Assembly: GCA_963767735.1 (NCBI GenBank)
Contig: CAVYES010000006.1
Span: 448,001 to 512,000 of the forward strand
Length of the DNA stretch: 64,000 nt
Source of the DNA: Candidatus Bathyarchaeota archaeon
GTDB taxonomy: Archaea; Thermoproteota; Bathyarchaeia; Bathyarchaeales; Bathycorpusculaceae
Direction: 5' to 3'
The notes under the pieces are model-generated. The model saw only the letters and a list, made by a program, of their open reading frames with translations, was not told where the DNA came from and searched no databases. Positions 1-10,527 of the stretch are shown here, one piece after another. The translations under genes were made by a program, and so were the position numbers. Numbering within the stretch: the first letter of the stretch is position 1; the number at the start of each line of letters is the position of its first letter.

Positions 1-2
1 TT

Positions 3-1541
3 TTCCGTTTACCCATGCCTTCGCCTGGCACGGTGCTGGGTTTGATTGGGCAAAACGGTATCGGCAAAAGCACTACGCTGAAGGTTTTTTCAGGCGAAAT
101 TAAACCTAACCTTGGCAAATACGATGACCCGCCTGATTGGCCAGAGATAATCCAGTACTATCGAGGGTCAAGCCTGCAGGATTACTTCCAAAAATTGAGT
201 GAAAAAAAACTCAAGGTCAGCAGCAAACCCCAGTACGTGGATAAGATTCCCAAAGCGGTCAGTGGCAAAGTCGGCGATTTGCTAGAAAAGGTTGATGAGA
301 GAGGTCAGCTTGATGCACTTTCAGAGGAGCTTGAACTCAAAACAGTTTGGGATAGACCACTAGAAGTGCTTAGCGGCGGGGAGCTTCAGCGCGTTGCGGT
401 TGCGGCGGCGCTTAGCCGCGAGGCAGATGTTTACCTTTTCGATGAGCCATCAAGCTACTTGGACGTGAAGCAGAGGCTTGTTGTCGCAAAAACCATACGC
501 AGCCTAAAAGAGCAGCAAAAAACAATAATTGTAGCTGAACATGACTTAGCCATCATCGATTACCTGTCTGACCAAATCTGCCTCTTCTACGGTGAACCAG
601 GCGTCTATGGAGTTGTCTCCCATGTGCATGGCGTTCGAACAGGCATTAACATTTACCTGCAAGGCTACATTCCAGACGAAAACATAATGTTCCGCAAAGA
701 AGCCATCATTTTCCATGAGAAACCCCCGACCGCAGGCACCAACCTAAACGAACCGCTATTGAAATGGGACAGCATGACGAAAACTTTCAAGGGCTTCAAA
801 CTATCCATTGAACCAGGCGAGATTAAGATGGGCGAAATCGTCGGCATCTTAGGACCCAACGGTATCGGAAAAACCACTTTCGTAAAAATTCTCGCTGGAC
901 TAGAAGAAACCGACGAGAAACAGAAGCTTGGCGAGTTAAAGGTCAGCTACAAACCCCAGTACATTGCACCTGACTACACAGGCACGGTTCTGGAGCTGCT
1001 TATGAGTGTGGCTAAAGAAAACTTTACATCCAGCTGGTACAAAACTGAGATTGCCCAGCCGCTGCGGCTTCAGGTTTTGATGGACAGAAATGTAATGGAG
1101 CTTAGCGGTGGTGAACTGCAGAAAGTCGCCATCGCCGCCTGCCTAAGCCGTAAACCCGACCTGTATCTTCTTGACGAACCAAGCGCGTACTTAGATGTTG
1201 AAGAACGATTGAACATGGCTAAAACACTTCGGCGCGTTGTTGAAGCGCACGGCATACCCGCATTCGTAGTTGAACACGACGTTGTCACCCAAGACTTCAT
1301 AGCCGACAGACTGATGGTCTTCAACGGCGAACCAGGCGTAAGCGGCTTAGCTAATCCGCCAACCAGCCTACGAAAAGGCATGAACACCTTCCTCAAAGAA
1401 ATGAACATCACCTTCCGCAGAGACTCAATCACCATGCGACCCAGAGTAAACAAGGAAGCCTCACAAATGGACAAATTCCAAAAAGGAATCGGCGAATACT
1501 ACTACACAAAAACAACCAAACCCGAAGCCGCCAAAAAATAA
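3..1541 (+). CDS. abce1: Ribosome recycling ATPase ABCE1/RLI (5' end, including Fe-S domain, lies outside the window)
   Basis: Two ABC cassettes (GQNGIGKS, GPNGIGKT, LSGGELQ x2) and C-terminal ITFRRD..RPRVNK motif; frame is open from the window start. Confidence 0.96.
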   Translation, partial: FRLPMPSPGTVLGLIGQNGIGKSTTLKVFSGEIKPNLGKYDDPPDWPEIIQYYRGSSLQDYFQKLSEKKLKVSSKPQYVDKIPKAVSGKVGDLLEKVDERGQLDALSEELELKTVWDRPLEVLSGGELQRVAVAAALSREADVYLFDEPSSYLDVKQRLVVAKTIRSLKEQQKTIIVAEHDLAIIDYLSDQICLFYGEPGVYGVVSHVHGVRTGINIYLQGYIPDENIMFRKEAIIFHEKPPTAGTNLNEPLLKWDSMTKTFKGFKLSIEPGEIKMGEIVGILGPNGIGKTTFVKILAGLEETDEKQKLGELKVSYKPQYIAPDYTGTVLELLMSVAKENFTSSWYKTEIAQPLRLQVLMDRNVMELSGGELQKVAIAACLSRKPDLYLLDEPSAYLDVEERLNMAKTLRRVVEAHGIPAFVVEHDVVTQDFIADRLMVFNGEPGVSGLANPPTSLRKGMNTFLKEMNITFRRDSITMRPRVNKEASQMDKFQKGIGEYYYTKTTKPEAAKK

Positions 1542-1741
1542 ATTGACGTAATTTCACATTCAAGAAAACTAATCTTCTCTATTTATACAATTTTAAAGCA
1601 AAAGTCAACATTTCTCAACCTACTGCCCTCTACACAATCAAAGGTTTTTCCCGCAAAGTGCAGTTAACTTAAAGAACAAGCAGCAAATATACTAAGCAAT
1701 CTGCAATAACAATACAAGGAAAAGAGTGGTGTAAGCAGCAA

Positions 1742-3368
1742 GTGGCTCAAGCAACCTTTGAAGAGATAAGCGCATCCGACTTTTTCTATCGAAACAGAGA
1801 CATTGCAGGCTTAACTAACCCTTCACGCGCTGTCTTCGTTGCTATACGAGAAATTGTTGAGAACTCCTTAGATGCGGCTGAAAGCCAAAAAATTCCTCCA
1901 GACATTTACGTTCGTTTATCTTATGAAGGAGAAGCTACCAAAGAAACTCAAATCTACAAACTTCGAGTAGAAGACAACGGCAGCGGAATTCAGCCAAGGT
2001 TTATTCCCTCAGCTTTTGGTCAAGTTCTCTATGGCAGCAAATACAAACTCAAACAAACCAGAGGCACATTTGGCTTAGGCGGAAAAATGGCTGTTCTCTA
2101 CGGGCAAGTCACCACTCACCAACCAGCCTACGTAACCTCATCCACTGGCCAAGCAAAAATTTACAGTTTCAAATTAATGATTGACATCCAAAGAAACCGC
2201 CCAATAATTCTCGACCGCAAAGTCCTAATCAACAAGGATAATTGGCGTGGAACCATCGTTGAGTTTTCTCTTGAAGGCGATTATCTTAGGGCAATGCCAA
2301 AAATTCTTGATTATTTCAAGCAAACGGCGATGGTTAATCCATACGCGAATTTGACATTTGTTGACCCCAAAGGAAGACTCTACAAGTTTACCCGTGCCAC
2401 CTCCGAGATGCCTGAGCCACCAACAGAAATATTGCCACATCCCTACGGCGTTGACGTGGAACTGCTGCAACGACTAATCCAAATTACAACTTTCAACAAT
2501 ATGGAGGATTTTTTAAGAGGACATTTTCACCGAGTTGGCGGAGTAACTGCTGTCAAATTTTTGATTTCTGCAAATTTAATTTCCTTTTCCTGCAGCGAAC
2601 ATGGTAAAATTGAGTACGATCAAATAAAGTGGGTTGACAACCGACCCATTTGCCCCAAATGCGGAAAGGTCATGCAATCCAGTTCCAAGAACCCGAAGAA
2701 ACTTTCCCATGAAGAAATTGTGCGGTTAATGCAGAACCTAAAGAAGTACAAGGATTTCTTGCCGCCAGACGCCAGTTGCCTCTCGCCTTTAGGCGAGGAT
2801 TTGCTCAGAGCTGGCGTTATGAAAGAGTTAAACCCCGAGTACCTTGTGGTTCATCAGCGTAAACCATCCACTTACTGCCGGTCACCCATTCATCATTGAA
2901 ATGGCAATCGCTTATGGCGGTGGAGTGCCAAAACGTGGTTCTTTTGTTATTTACCGTTTTGCTAACAAAATTCCCCTGCTCTATGATGAAGCAAGCGATG
3001 TTTCTTACCGAGTGATCTCAGCCATGAACTGGCGACGCTACAAAGTGTCACCTGACATGCCAATAGCTATAGTTGTTCATATTTGCAGCACAAAAGTTCC
3101 ATACAAGACGGTTGGAAAAGAATTCATCGCTGACCGCCCCGAAGTACGCCGTGAAGAAGCAAATGCTCTGCGTGAAGTTGCCCGTCAGCTTCAGCATTTT
3201 CTGTCACGTCAAGAGCACGTTCACATGGAAAAGAAACGTTTGGGAATTTTCAGCAAGTACCTACCTAAAATTGCGCAGTTTTCTGCAACCTTAGCAGGGG
3301 AAAAGCGTGTGCCAGATATCGAAAAACTATTGAAGAGTGTGCAAAAGTATGGCGCAGAAGAAAGCTAA
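1742..3368 (+). CDS. top6B: DNA topoisomerase VI subunit B (+1 frameshift near 2876, probably an assembly error; Zn-finger-like insertion)
   Basis: GHKL motifs EIVENSLDA, EDNGSGI, RGTFGLGGK; second frame continues GHPFIIE..RFANKIPLLYD..STKVPYKTVGKE. Confidence 0.95.
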
Positions 3369-4431
3369 GATAATTGAAAAACAAAACGAAGTCATCGCTG
3401 GTCTTCGCGATTTTGGAACCAAAATTTACAATCAGCTAGATCAAGGTGTTTTTCCAACCATTAACATGCCCAGCCGTTCCACTGAAAACATCAATTATGA
3501 CCCAGCACTTCGGCAATACATTTTTGGTGAGAAAATCGTTAGCCGAAGCGCCCGCAACATCCGTCACATTAAACCCTTCACTCAGCTTGCTTGGGCAGCA
3601 ATGTTTAGTAATGAACTTACAAGCCAACGCAAAACCAGCACGCTAAGAGACGTTTACTATTCGGCTCAGGCCTACGAGATGACCTTCACTGACCAGCAGG
3701 AATCTAACAACATCATCACCGACTTAGAAACATTAACTGGGTTTGCCCGAGAAGACTTTCACATTTTTCCAGAAGAGCGAAGCGCAATTTTCGGCGACTT
3801 AGACATCGGCTACACAGTTCCCGGTTATGAAGGAAAAACGTTGAATTTAACCAGCCACCCAGATGGCGTGTTGATTGGTCCAGCCTTAACTTCATCCGAA
3901 CTCATTCACACCAGAGCCGACAAAGTCATCGCCATCGAGAAAGGCGCCCTTTTCACAAGATTCATCGAAGAAAACGTGCACAACAAACATCAGGCCCTGC
4001 TGATTTCATGCGGTGGACAAGCGCCAAGACAAACCCGAAGCTTCATCCGCCGCCTGCACGACGAGCTGAATCTGCCAGTCTACATTTTGACTGACGGGGA
4101 CCCATGGGGAATGCACATCGCCCAAGTCATCATTTCCGGCTCAGCTAACGCGGCGCACCTTCGAGAGCTAAACACGCCTGACGCTGTTTGGAGCGGAGTT
4201 TGGGCAAGCGACATAATTGAGTACAAGCTGCCGACTGACCCGTTGGACGAAGTGGACATCAAACGATTATACGAGTTACAGAAGGATCCAAGATACCAAA
4301 ACGATCCCCTGTGGCAGAGAGAAATAAAGCTCTTCCTAAAAATAAAGAGAAAGGCTGAGCAAGAAGCTTTCAGCCGCTACGGTTTAACTTACATAGTTGA
4401 TGAATATTTACCTACTAAACTCAAAAGCTAG
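3349..4431 (+). CDS. top6A: DNA topoisomerase VI subunit A
   Basis: TLRDVYY catalytic Tyr, TOPRIM IEK and TDGDPWG, KAEQEAF; follows top6B. Confidence 0.97.
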   Translation: MAQKKAKIIEKQNEVIAGLRDFGTKIYNQLDQGVFPTINMPSRSTENINYDPALRQYIFGEKIVSRSARNIRHIKPFTQLAWAAMFSNELTSQRKTSTLRDVYYSAQAYEMTFTDQQESNNIITDLETLTGFAREDFHIFPEERSAIFGDLDIGYTVPGYEGKTLNLTSHPDGVLIGPALTSSELIHTRADKVIAIEKGALFTRFIEENVHNKHQALLISCGGQAPRQTRSFIRRLHDELNLPVYILTDGDPWGMHIAQVIISGSANAAHLRELNTPDAVWSGVWASDIIEYKLPTDPLDEVDIKRLYELQKDPRYQNDPLWQREIKLFLKIKRKAEQEAFSRYGLTYIVDEYLPTKLKS

Positions 4432-4435
4432 ATCG

Positions 4436-4879
4436 CTACATCATTGGCGCTGCTGCTGGCGCTGTTTCCATTGCCTTTGGCATTTCTTGCCAGATTTTTA
4501 TCATTGCCTCGTCGTTTTTCGTCATGCCCTCAACCCATGCTTTAGTATTGTTTAGCCAACTGAGCCTCGGCGAGTTTGTCATGTAAGTTATTTCGCCTTT
4601 GAAGCTGCCTTCCATTGCTTTCTCTTGTTTTCCTGTCCCTTTGCCCCATATCATTATAACGTCGCCTTCTTTGGTCATTTCCATCGCGCGAACATCCCAC
4701 TCATTTGTCCCATCCATCTTTACCTTTACATCAACAGTTTCCATGTGGGTAGCGTGATATTTTCCTTTAAATTCTCCCATTGAATTGTATTGAATCATTG
4801 CGCCGTCTGCAGAGAATTCTTTGATGATTGTAGCTTGAGTTTTTTCCTTTATTTCGCCTAACATTTCCTTTTTTTCCAT
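4436..4879 (-). CDS. Hypothetical Met-rich protein, probably beta-rich
   Basis: 147-aa ORF with ATG and upstream GGTG; no family recognised with confidence. Confidence 0.75.
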   Translation of the reverse strand: MEKKEMLGEIKEKTQATIIKEFSADGAMIQYNSMGEFKGKYHATHMETVDVKVKMDGTNEWDVRAMEMTKEGDVIMIWGKGTGKQEKAMEGSFKGEITYMTNSPRLSWLNNTKAWVEGMTKNDEAMIKIWQEMPKAMETAPAAAPMM

Positions 4880-5123
4880 TCAAAACACCATTGCCTAAAA
4901 ACCGATGACACGATTTATGTCTATGTGACTGTACCATCACATCAACAATCGGTTTAGCAGGGGATTGCGGTTAGCTGTTTGTTACATAAACATTTGTGGG
5001 AAACAAAACTCCTAAATTAAACCTGAGTTAAATATTCTCGAATCATGTTTGACAACAAATAATTTAAAATAACCCAACTTGTTTAATGTAGCCATTAAAA
5101 CGGAGAGACAGGGCGTAAACACT

Positions 5124-5324
5124 ATGAGTGAAGAAGGAGACACATTCTTTGTAAACCTAGCCGAGAAGCTATTCGGAGTTGCCTTAATTATAGTCGGGGC
5201 AATAATGCTTTATCTTACCGCAAGCACAAGCGCACTTGGCGCATTCAGCGTATTATTCGGCATCCTAAGCGTCATAATGCTGGTTATCGGTCTTTTCCTG
5301 CTTCTCGTGAGAGCATCTGAATAA
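5124..5324 (+). CDS. Small membrane protein (2 TM)
   Basis: Two hydrophobic helices; ATG at 5124. Confidence 0.75.
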   Translation: MSEEGDTFFVNLAEKLFGVALIIVGAIMLYLTASTSALGAFSVLFGILSVIMLVIGLFLLLVRASE

Positions 5325-5507
5325 CGCATCTACTCTTATCAATCACAAAATAATAATTAGCGACAAACCCTGCAAAATTTCTGATTCTCTTCAGCCAAAA
5401 GTAAAAATAACGCTTTTTCACAAACCACTGAAAAGGTGTAGTTAGGGTTATAAACTAAAAAAACATTATGACACGTAGATAACTTATCGTGGAAAGTGAA
5501 TTCATTT

Positions 5508-7292
5508 ATGCCCACCCGCCAACCAATAGTTTGCGTATTAGGACACGTAGATGCAGGGAAAACCTCGCTTCTTGATGAACTGAGAAAAACCAGTGTGCAA
5601 GCACGTGAAGCAGGAGGAATGACGCAGCATATCGGCGCAAGCTTTTTCCCCGTTGAAACGCTCAAACAACTAATCGGGCCATATATGGCTAGCTTTAAAA
5701 CAGGCATAGAAATCCCTGGTCTTCTGATTGTTGACACGCCTGGGCATGAGGCTTTTACCAACTTGAGGCGCAGAGGTGGAAGCGTCGCGGACATAGCGAT
5801 ACTTGTGGTGAATGCGATAAAGGGTTTTGAGGCTCAGACTTTTGAGTGTATAGAGATTTTGAAAGCTCGCAAAACCCCCTTTATTGTTGCGGTTAATCAG
5901 ATTGACCGGATTCCAGGGTGGGTGCCTCAGCAGGGGGCACCTTTTTTGAAGTCTTACGCTTCCCAGTCAATTTTTGTACGCGAAGCGCTGGATAACCGTT
6001 TGTACCAAGTTATGGGAGAATTTTCTCGTTTAGGTTTCAAGACAGACCGTTTTGACCATATTCGGGATTTCACTGTCAACGTGGCTTTGGTGCCGACCAG
6101 CGCCAAAACCGGCGAAGGCTTATCGGAGCTGGTTATGGTTTTGGTTGGGTTGAGTCAGCAGTTTCTAAAGAAGCGTTTGCAGACAACAGAGGGTGCAGCT
6201 AAGGGTTCGGTGCTTGAGGTAAAGGATGAACCTGGTTTAGGTTTAACGTTAAACACGATTATTTACGATGGCACATTACATAAGGATGACTTGATTGTTG
6301 TTGGTGGACGCAACGGAGCAATTATGGCTCGAGTGCGGGCGATTTTGGTGCCAAAGCCGCTGGATGAGATGAGGGATCCACGGGACAAGTTTACTTCGGT
6401 TGATTGTGTTTTCGCCAGCGCGGGTGTTAAAATAGTTGCTCCTGATTTGGAAGGAGCTTTAGCTGGTGCACCGTTGTTCGCTGTGCCAATTGGTGAGGAC
6501 CCTGCAAGCTATGCTAAGCTTATCACTGAAGAAATTGGCAGAATCAGAATTGCCAAAGAAATTGAGGGTGTCATTGTTAAGGCTGACACGCTTGGCTCTT
6601 TAGAAGCTATGGCGGAGATTTTGAAGGCTAACAATGTGCAGATTCGAATCGCGGATGTCGGCGACATAAGTAAACGTGACGTAATCGAAGCATCCGTAGT
6701 TAAGACGCGTGAGCCATTGGTTGGCGCAATTTTGGCGTTCGGCGTTAAAACATTGCCTGACGCTGCGGAGGAAGCCGCCGCTAATGGCATCCCGATTTTC
6801 AACCAGCCCATCATTTACAATCTGATAGAGGCCTATGTGCAGTGGGCTAAAAACAAGCGCGAAACAAAAAGTGAGGCAGAATTTGATGCTCTTGTGAAGC
6901 CTGGAAAAGTTACGGTTTTGCCCAACTGCATCTTCCACAGGGCTAAGCCTTTAGTTGTCGGCGTGGAGGTGCTAGGAGGCAGAATAAAACCGAAAGTTGG
7001 GCTTATGCGTGCAGAAGACAGTAGCGATTTAGGCGATGTTGACCAGATTCAGGATCAAGGCAAAGCAGTGCCAGAAGCCAAAGTCGGCATGCAGGTGGCA
7101 ATTTCGATGGATAAGCCGATTGCAGGCAGGCACGTGTTTGAAAAAGACATTTTGTACGTGAAGGTGCCAGAAAAGGACGCAAAAGCATTGTTGACAGCAC
7201 ATTCAAATGATTTGACGGCAGATGAGCAGGAAGTGCTCAAAGAGTACATAGCGCTTATGCGAAAGAAGACGCTGTTTTGGGCCGGAGTTTAA
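5508..7292 (+). CDS. infB: Translation initiation factor aIF5B (IF-2)
   Basis: RQPIVCVLGHVDAGKT, REAGGMTQHIGA, DTPGHEAF, VKADTLGSLEA. Confidence 0.98.
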   Translation: MPTRQPIVCVLGHVDAGKTSLLDELRKTSVQAREAGGMTQHIGASFFPVETLKQLIGPYMASFKTGIEIPGLLIVDTPGHEAFTNLRRRGGSVADIAILVVNAIKGFEAQTFECIEILKARKTPFIVAVNQIDRIPGWVPQQGAPFLKSYASQSIFVREALDNRLYQVMGEFSRLGFKTDRFDHIRDFTVNVALVPTSAKTGEGLSELVMVLVGLSQQFLKKRLQTTEGAAKGSVLEVKDEPGLGLTLNTIIYDGTLHKDDLIVVGGRNGAIMARVRAILVPKPLDEMRDPRDKFTSVDCVFASAGVKIVAPDLEGALAGAPLFAVPIGEDPASYAKLITEEIGRIRIAKEIEGVIVKADTLGSLEAMAEILKANNVQIRIADVGDISKRDVIEASVVKTREPLVGAILAFGVKTLPDAAEEAAANGIPIFNQPIIYNLIEAYVQWAKNKRETKSEAEFDALVKPGKVTVLPNCIFHRAKPLVVGVEVLGGRIKPKVGLMRAEDSSDLGDVDQIQDQGKAVPEAKVGMQVAISMDKPIAGRHVFEKDILYVKVPEKDAKALLTAHSNDLTADEQEVLKEYIALMRKKTLFWAGV

Positions 7293-7590
7293 AAAAAATA
7301 TTTGTTGACGAAATCAGACAGTCAAAATGAGTACCCCAACCTCCTTTTTTAGTGGCTTGTTTTGGGTTGTTTTTTCGGTTTAGGTTTAAAGCATTTGCTG
7401 GTTGCGGTGAAAAAAGGCTATAAATGGTAAAAAAAGGTGGAAAAAGAGTTGCCTATGAATCACGTTCGAAATAATTTAAAAATAGAATTTTTAAACTTAG
7501 CTGTGAAGACGTCGTTAGAGTTTTTTCCTTGAACGTTTTTTCAATGAAGAACGATAGAAAACGATAAAATAACCGTTATTTGCAGTTTCC

Positions 7591-7884
7591 TTAGCCGCCG
7601 CCTACTGGGGGAAGAATCGCTAGTACATCGCCGTTTTTTAGTTCTGTTTTTAACCCGTTTAATGTTGATGTGCTGGTTCCGTTAATGAGGAATTGGAGGA
7701 AATTTTTGGGTTGCCCCGTTTTGCTGTCGTAGACGTATTCTGTGAAGGGTTTTCCGTATTTTTGAGAGATCGTTTTAAGAACCGAATCAACAGTAACTTT
7801 TTCTCCCCCAGTAAACGTTAGAGTTTCTTCTCTTTTGTTAACGATTTCCCTCAGATTAGTAAAGAAGCGAATTTTAACTTCCAC
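7591..7884 (-). CDS. MoaD/ThiS/SAMP ubiquitin-like protein
   Basis: Beta-grasp pattern, C-terminal LKNGDVLAILPPVGGG. Confidence 0.92.
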   Translation of the reverse strand: MEVKIRFFTNLREIVNKREETLTFTGGEKVTVDSVLKTISQKYGKPFTEYVYDSKTGQPKNFLQFLINGTSTSTLNGLKTELKNGDVLAILPPVGGG

Positions 7885-8050
7885 TACTGGTACACCAACA
7901 GGTTACATATAGAAAAATTGTGAAAAATAACCATTATGCAATAGGCAGCTCTTTTCAAAAAACAAATAATCAATTGCGGATAAATGAACATTTCTCGTCG
8001 TCGAAAAAATATTTTTTAATATAGCAAGTTCTCTTTAATGGGCGAGGGGT

Positions 8051-8147
8051 TTGGCTGAGACTCTGGAGAACTTCTAGGAGATAAAATGCAAAATCTTCCA
8101 CGACTATGGCTATTCGTGAATTTTCTCTCCAGAGTCTCGTCAGCCAA
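8051..8147. ncRNA. Candidate structured RNA (long hairpin)
   Basis: TTGGCTGA-GACTCTGGAGA (8051-8069) pairs with TCTCCAGAGTC-tcg-TCAGCCAA (8126-8147); inner stem CACGA/TCGTG; TATA-like boxes on both sides. Confidence 0.5.
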
Positions 8148-8457
8148 TAAAGTGAAATTCGCTAATGCTATATATATTTTTTCCCAATTAAACCATAAAT
8201 GGGAAATAAATCAATAAATATTTGCGTAAAAGTTTAAAAAGGAGAAAAAATAGGCTGAAAAAACTCAAAGTTTTTGAATAATTAAATAAAAGAGCCCTCA
8301 AGGCAAAAATATACTGGAAAAACCGGTTTATTTATTAAATATTAAATATCTGTTAAAAAACAAACACCCTGCTTCGCAAAATAAAAAGAACATTTAAAAA
8401 ATCTAAAGTGGCAATTAACATATTGGCGATAAGAAAAAACTGGGGCGGGCTTAGAGA

Positions 8458-9222
8458 ATGAAGTTAAGTTTGTCTAACGGGATTTTTAGCAGGCTGAGCT
8501 TAGATGGGAATTTTGCGGCTGTTAAGCAGCTTGGTTTTGAGAACATTGAATTTAACATGAAATCGGTAAAGAAAGAGAGAGACACAGATGTTTATCGGGA
8601 GCAGAAAGCGCTAGCTGCTTCTGGACTGAACTGTTTAACGCTTCACTCCGCCATCCTGCACGTAAAAAACCCCATCGAAGTCCACAGGGCAGTTTACTTC
8701 GGGAAAATATCCCTCGAATGCGCTCACGCCCTTGGTGCGCCGCTTATGACCGTGCACTCGAACGTTTCAAAAAAGTTGCCTCAGCCTGTTAGAGCGCAGT
8801 GTCTGTCTGAAATTTTCGGCGAAATCAAACCGTTTGCGAAACGGCTGGGGATAAAATTGTCTTTGGAGAACTTGTCTTATAATTCGACAGGTTTTGGAAA
8901 AAACGTCGAAGAACTTGAGGAAGTGCTAAACGTTATTGACGACGGCAACATGGGAATAACGTTTGATCTGTGCCATGCGCTGGAAAGCAAAGAAACAAAC
9001 AACCTTCTTGAGAAATATGGAGGGCGCATCTTCAACGTTCACATGGCCAATAAATCGCATGAACCCTTCACCGCAGCAAAACCAGAACTCACAAACTTCC
9101 TCTCTAAACTGCACGGTTATAGCTATGACGGTCCTATCACCCTGGAGTTAGACCATAAAACAACCATGGAGGACATCGCGAAAAGCAAAGCTCTTTTTGA
9201 CATACTGTTAAAAGAATTTTAG
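8458..9222 (+). CDS. Sugar phosphate isomerase/epimerase family TIM-barrel protein
   Basis: Metal-binding pattern LSLEN, FDLCH, NVHM, ITLE. Confidence 0.88.
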   Translation: MKLSLSNGIFSRLSLDGNFAAVKQLGFENIEFNMKSVKKERDTDVYREQKALAASGLNCLTLHSAILHVKNPIEVHRAVYFGKISLECAHALGAPLMTVHSNVSKKLPQPVRAQCLSEIFGEIKPFAKRLGIKLSLENLSYNSTGFGKNVEELEEVLNVIDDGNMGITFDLCHALESKETNNLLEKYGGRIFNVHMANKSHEPFTAAKPELTNFLSKLHGYSYDGPITLELDHKTTMEDIAKSKALFDILLKEF

Positions 9223-9423
9223 CTGTTTTTAACTTTACTCTGTACTCAAAAGTTGAGCTTGCAGAAATAATCAAAGTTAAAGTCACGGGTTAAAAAAACC
9301 TTTTTTCTTGTCTTTATAAGCGTGAGCCTTCATCATGTAGCTGAAGAGTTTCTTTTGTTCTCTGGCTGACCTCTGAGTCACTGATTCTTTTCGTATACAA
9401 CTACAAGAAGGGTAAAAAAATAC

Positions 9424-9720
9424 ATGTACATTAAGAGCGAAGCATCGGCTCTGAAAGAAGATAAGCGAGAAATTTCTCGCAAAAAACAAGGAACGAAAAC
9501 GAAGGGTTCAATTATGGTTGAAGTTGGCGACCAGAGAAAGTGTCCTGAATGTGAAAGCATAGGCTGTGTGGTTTGGGTCTCGCAGGACAAGAAGACGATG
9601 GGAGTGCAGTGCCGCAGGAGCCATAGGGAAGCGAATAGATCCGCATCTAAATATGGCGCGACAGCGGTTCTCTCGACCAAGACAAGGAAAAACGTTGTTT
9701 TCATAACTGCGGCGGGATGA
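9424..9720 (+). CDS. Small Zn-finger-like hypothetical protein
   Basis: CPEC...CRRSH; start uncertain. Confidence 0.6.
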   Translation: MYIKSEASALKEDKREISRKKQGTKTKGSIMVEVGDQRKCPECESIGCVVWVSQDKKTMGVQCRRSHREANRSASKYGATAVLSTKTRKNVVFITAAG

Positions 9721-9744
9721 TGACGTTTACTAATCTGGTTGGTT

Positions 9745-10056
9745 TTATATCACGTAAATGTCTTGTATGGTTACTAAGCCGTTGTCTCCAACTATTCTTT
9801 TAAGTTCTGGCAGAAGTGGCTCAAGCTTTGATTGCTCATCAATCACTTCTATTATCAAGGGCATGTTGACTGTTACGCCTTCAAGTTTGAGTGTTGATTT
9901 GCCGCGTTTCCCAAAGCCGTCAACGCCTGTCCAAACCGTGGCGCCGCTGACTCCTGCCTTGATTAAAAAATCGATTACAAGATGTTCAAGGCGTTTGCCG
10001 CCAACCTGGTCATTCCTTTTGAATCTGATAATTAAGCTCCACATTTTAAGTCTCAT
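9745..10056 (-). CDS. DUF190 (PII-like) protein
   Basis: GVSGATVWTGVDGFG, MPLIIEVID; 4-bp overlap with crcB, a known association. Confidence 0.92.
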   Translation of the reverse strand: MRLKMWSLIIRFKRNDQVGGKRLEHLVIDFLIKAGVSGATVWTGVDGFGKRGKSTLKLEGVTVNMPLIIEVIDEQSKLEPLLPELKRIVGDNGLVTIQDIYVI

Positions 10057-10442
10057 TCAAATATCCTCGTCATGATGGCGTTGCCGACTGCTTTTCCCCC
10101 TAATACAGCGCCTAAAGATAATCCGATGTTAGCTAGTATGTTTAATATTACCAAGATAAAGCGGTTGCTATCCATCAAGTTGCTGGTTTCAAGAGCGAAC
10201 GAGGACATTGTTGTGAATGCCCCACAGAATCCAGTAGCCACAAGCAAGGAGTAATTTGAGTCCAAGTTTAAAGCAAGCGCTAAAACTGAAAAGAGTCCCA
10301 GTATAAAGCTGCCGATAACGTTAACTGCTAAGACATTGACAGGGAGTCCGCCGACGGTTTTTGGCGAGGCAACCATTATGTAACGCAGAAAAACTCCAGC
10401 TACTGCACCAACCGCCAAGAGCACTAATTCAGTCATTTTCAT
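10053..10442 (-). CDS. crcB: Fluoride efflux channel CrcB/FluC
   Basis: VNVIGSFILG, TGFCGAFTTMSSFALE. Confidence 0.96.
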   Translation of the reverse strand: MKMTELVLLAVGAVAGVFLRYIMVASPKTVGGLPVNVLAVNVIGSFILGLFSVLALALNLDSNYSLLVATGFCGAFTTMSSFALETSNLMDSNRFILVILNILANIGLSLGAVLGGKAVGNAIMTRIFE

Positions 10443-10462
10443 ATTTACCTACCTTATTTTTT

Positions 10463-10527
10463 GGGTAGGCATTATCAGCATCCGTTGCGGAGCGGTTTTG
10501 ACTAAGTCAGGGCTAATGCCATAGCAC
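10463..10527 (-). promoter_or_regulatory. Fluoride riboswitch (crcB motif)
   Basis: Minus strand GCTATGGCATTAGCC...AACCGC...GCTGATAATGCCTAC matches the crcB-motif consensus, with pseudoknot GGCATTA/TAATGCC; 20 nt upstream of crcB. Confidence 0.92.

Noticed and set aside
2570-2690. Intein in Top6B
   Set aside because: Far too short and no HN-C/S/T splice junction
2844-2899. Programmed frameshift or split top6B
   Set aside because: No slippery site; removing one base restores the conserved Y-x-GHPF, and similar indels occur across the window
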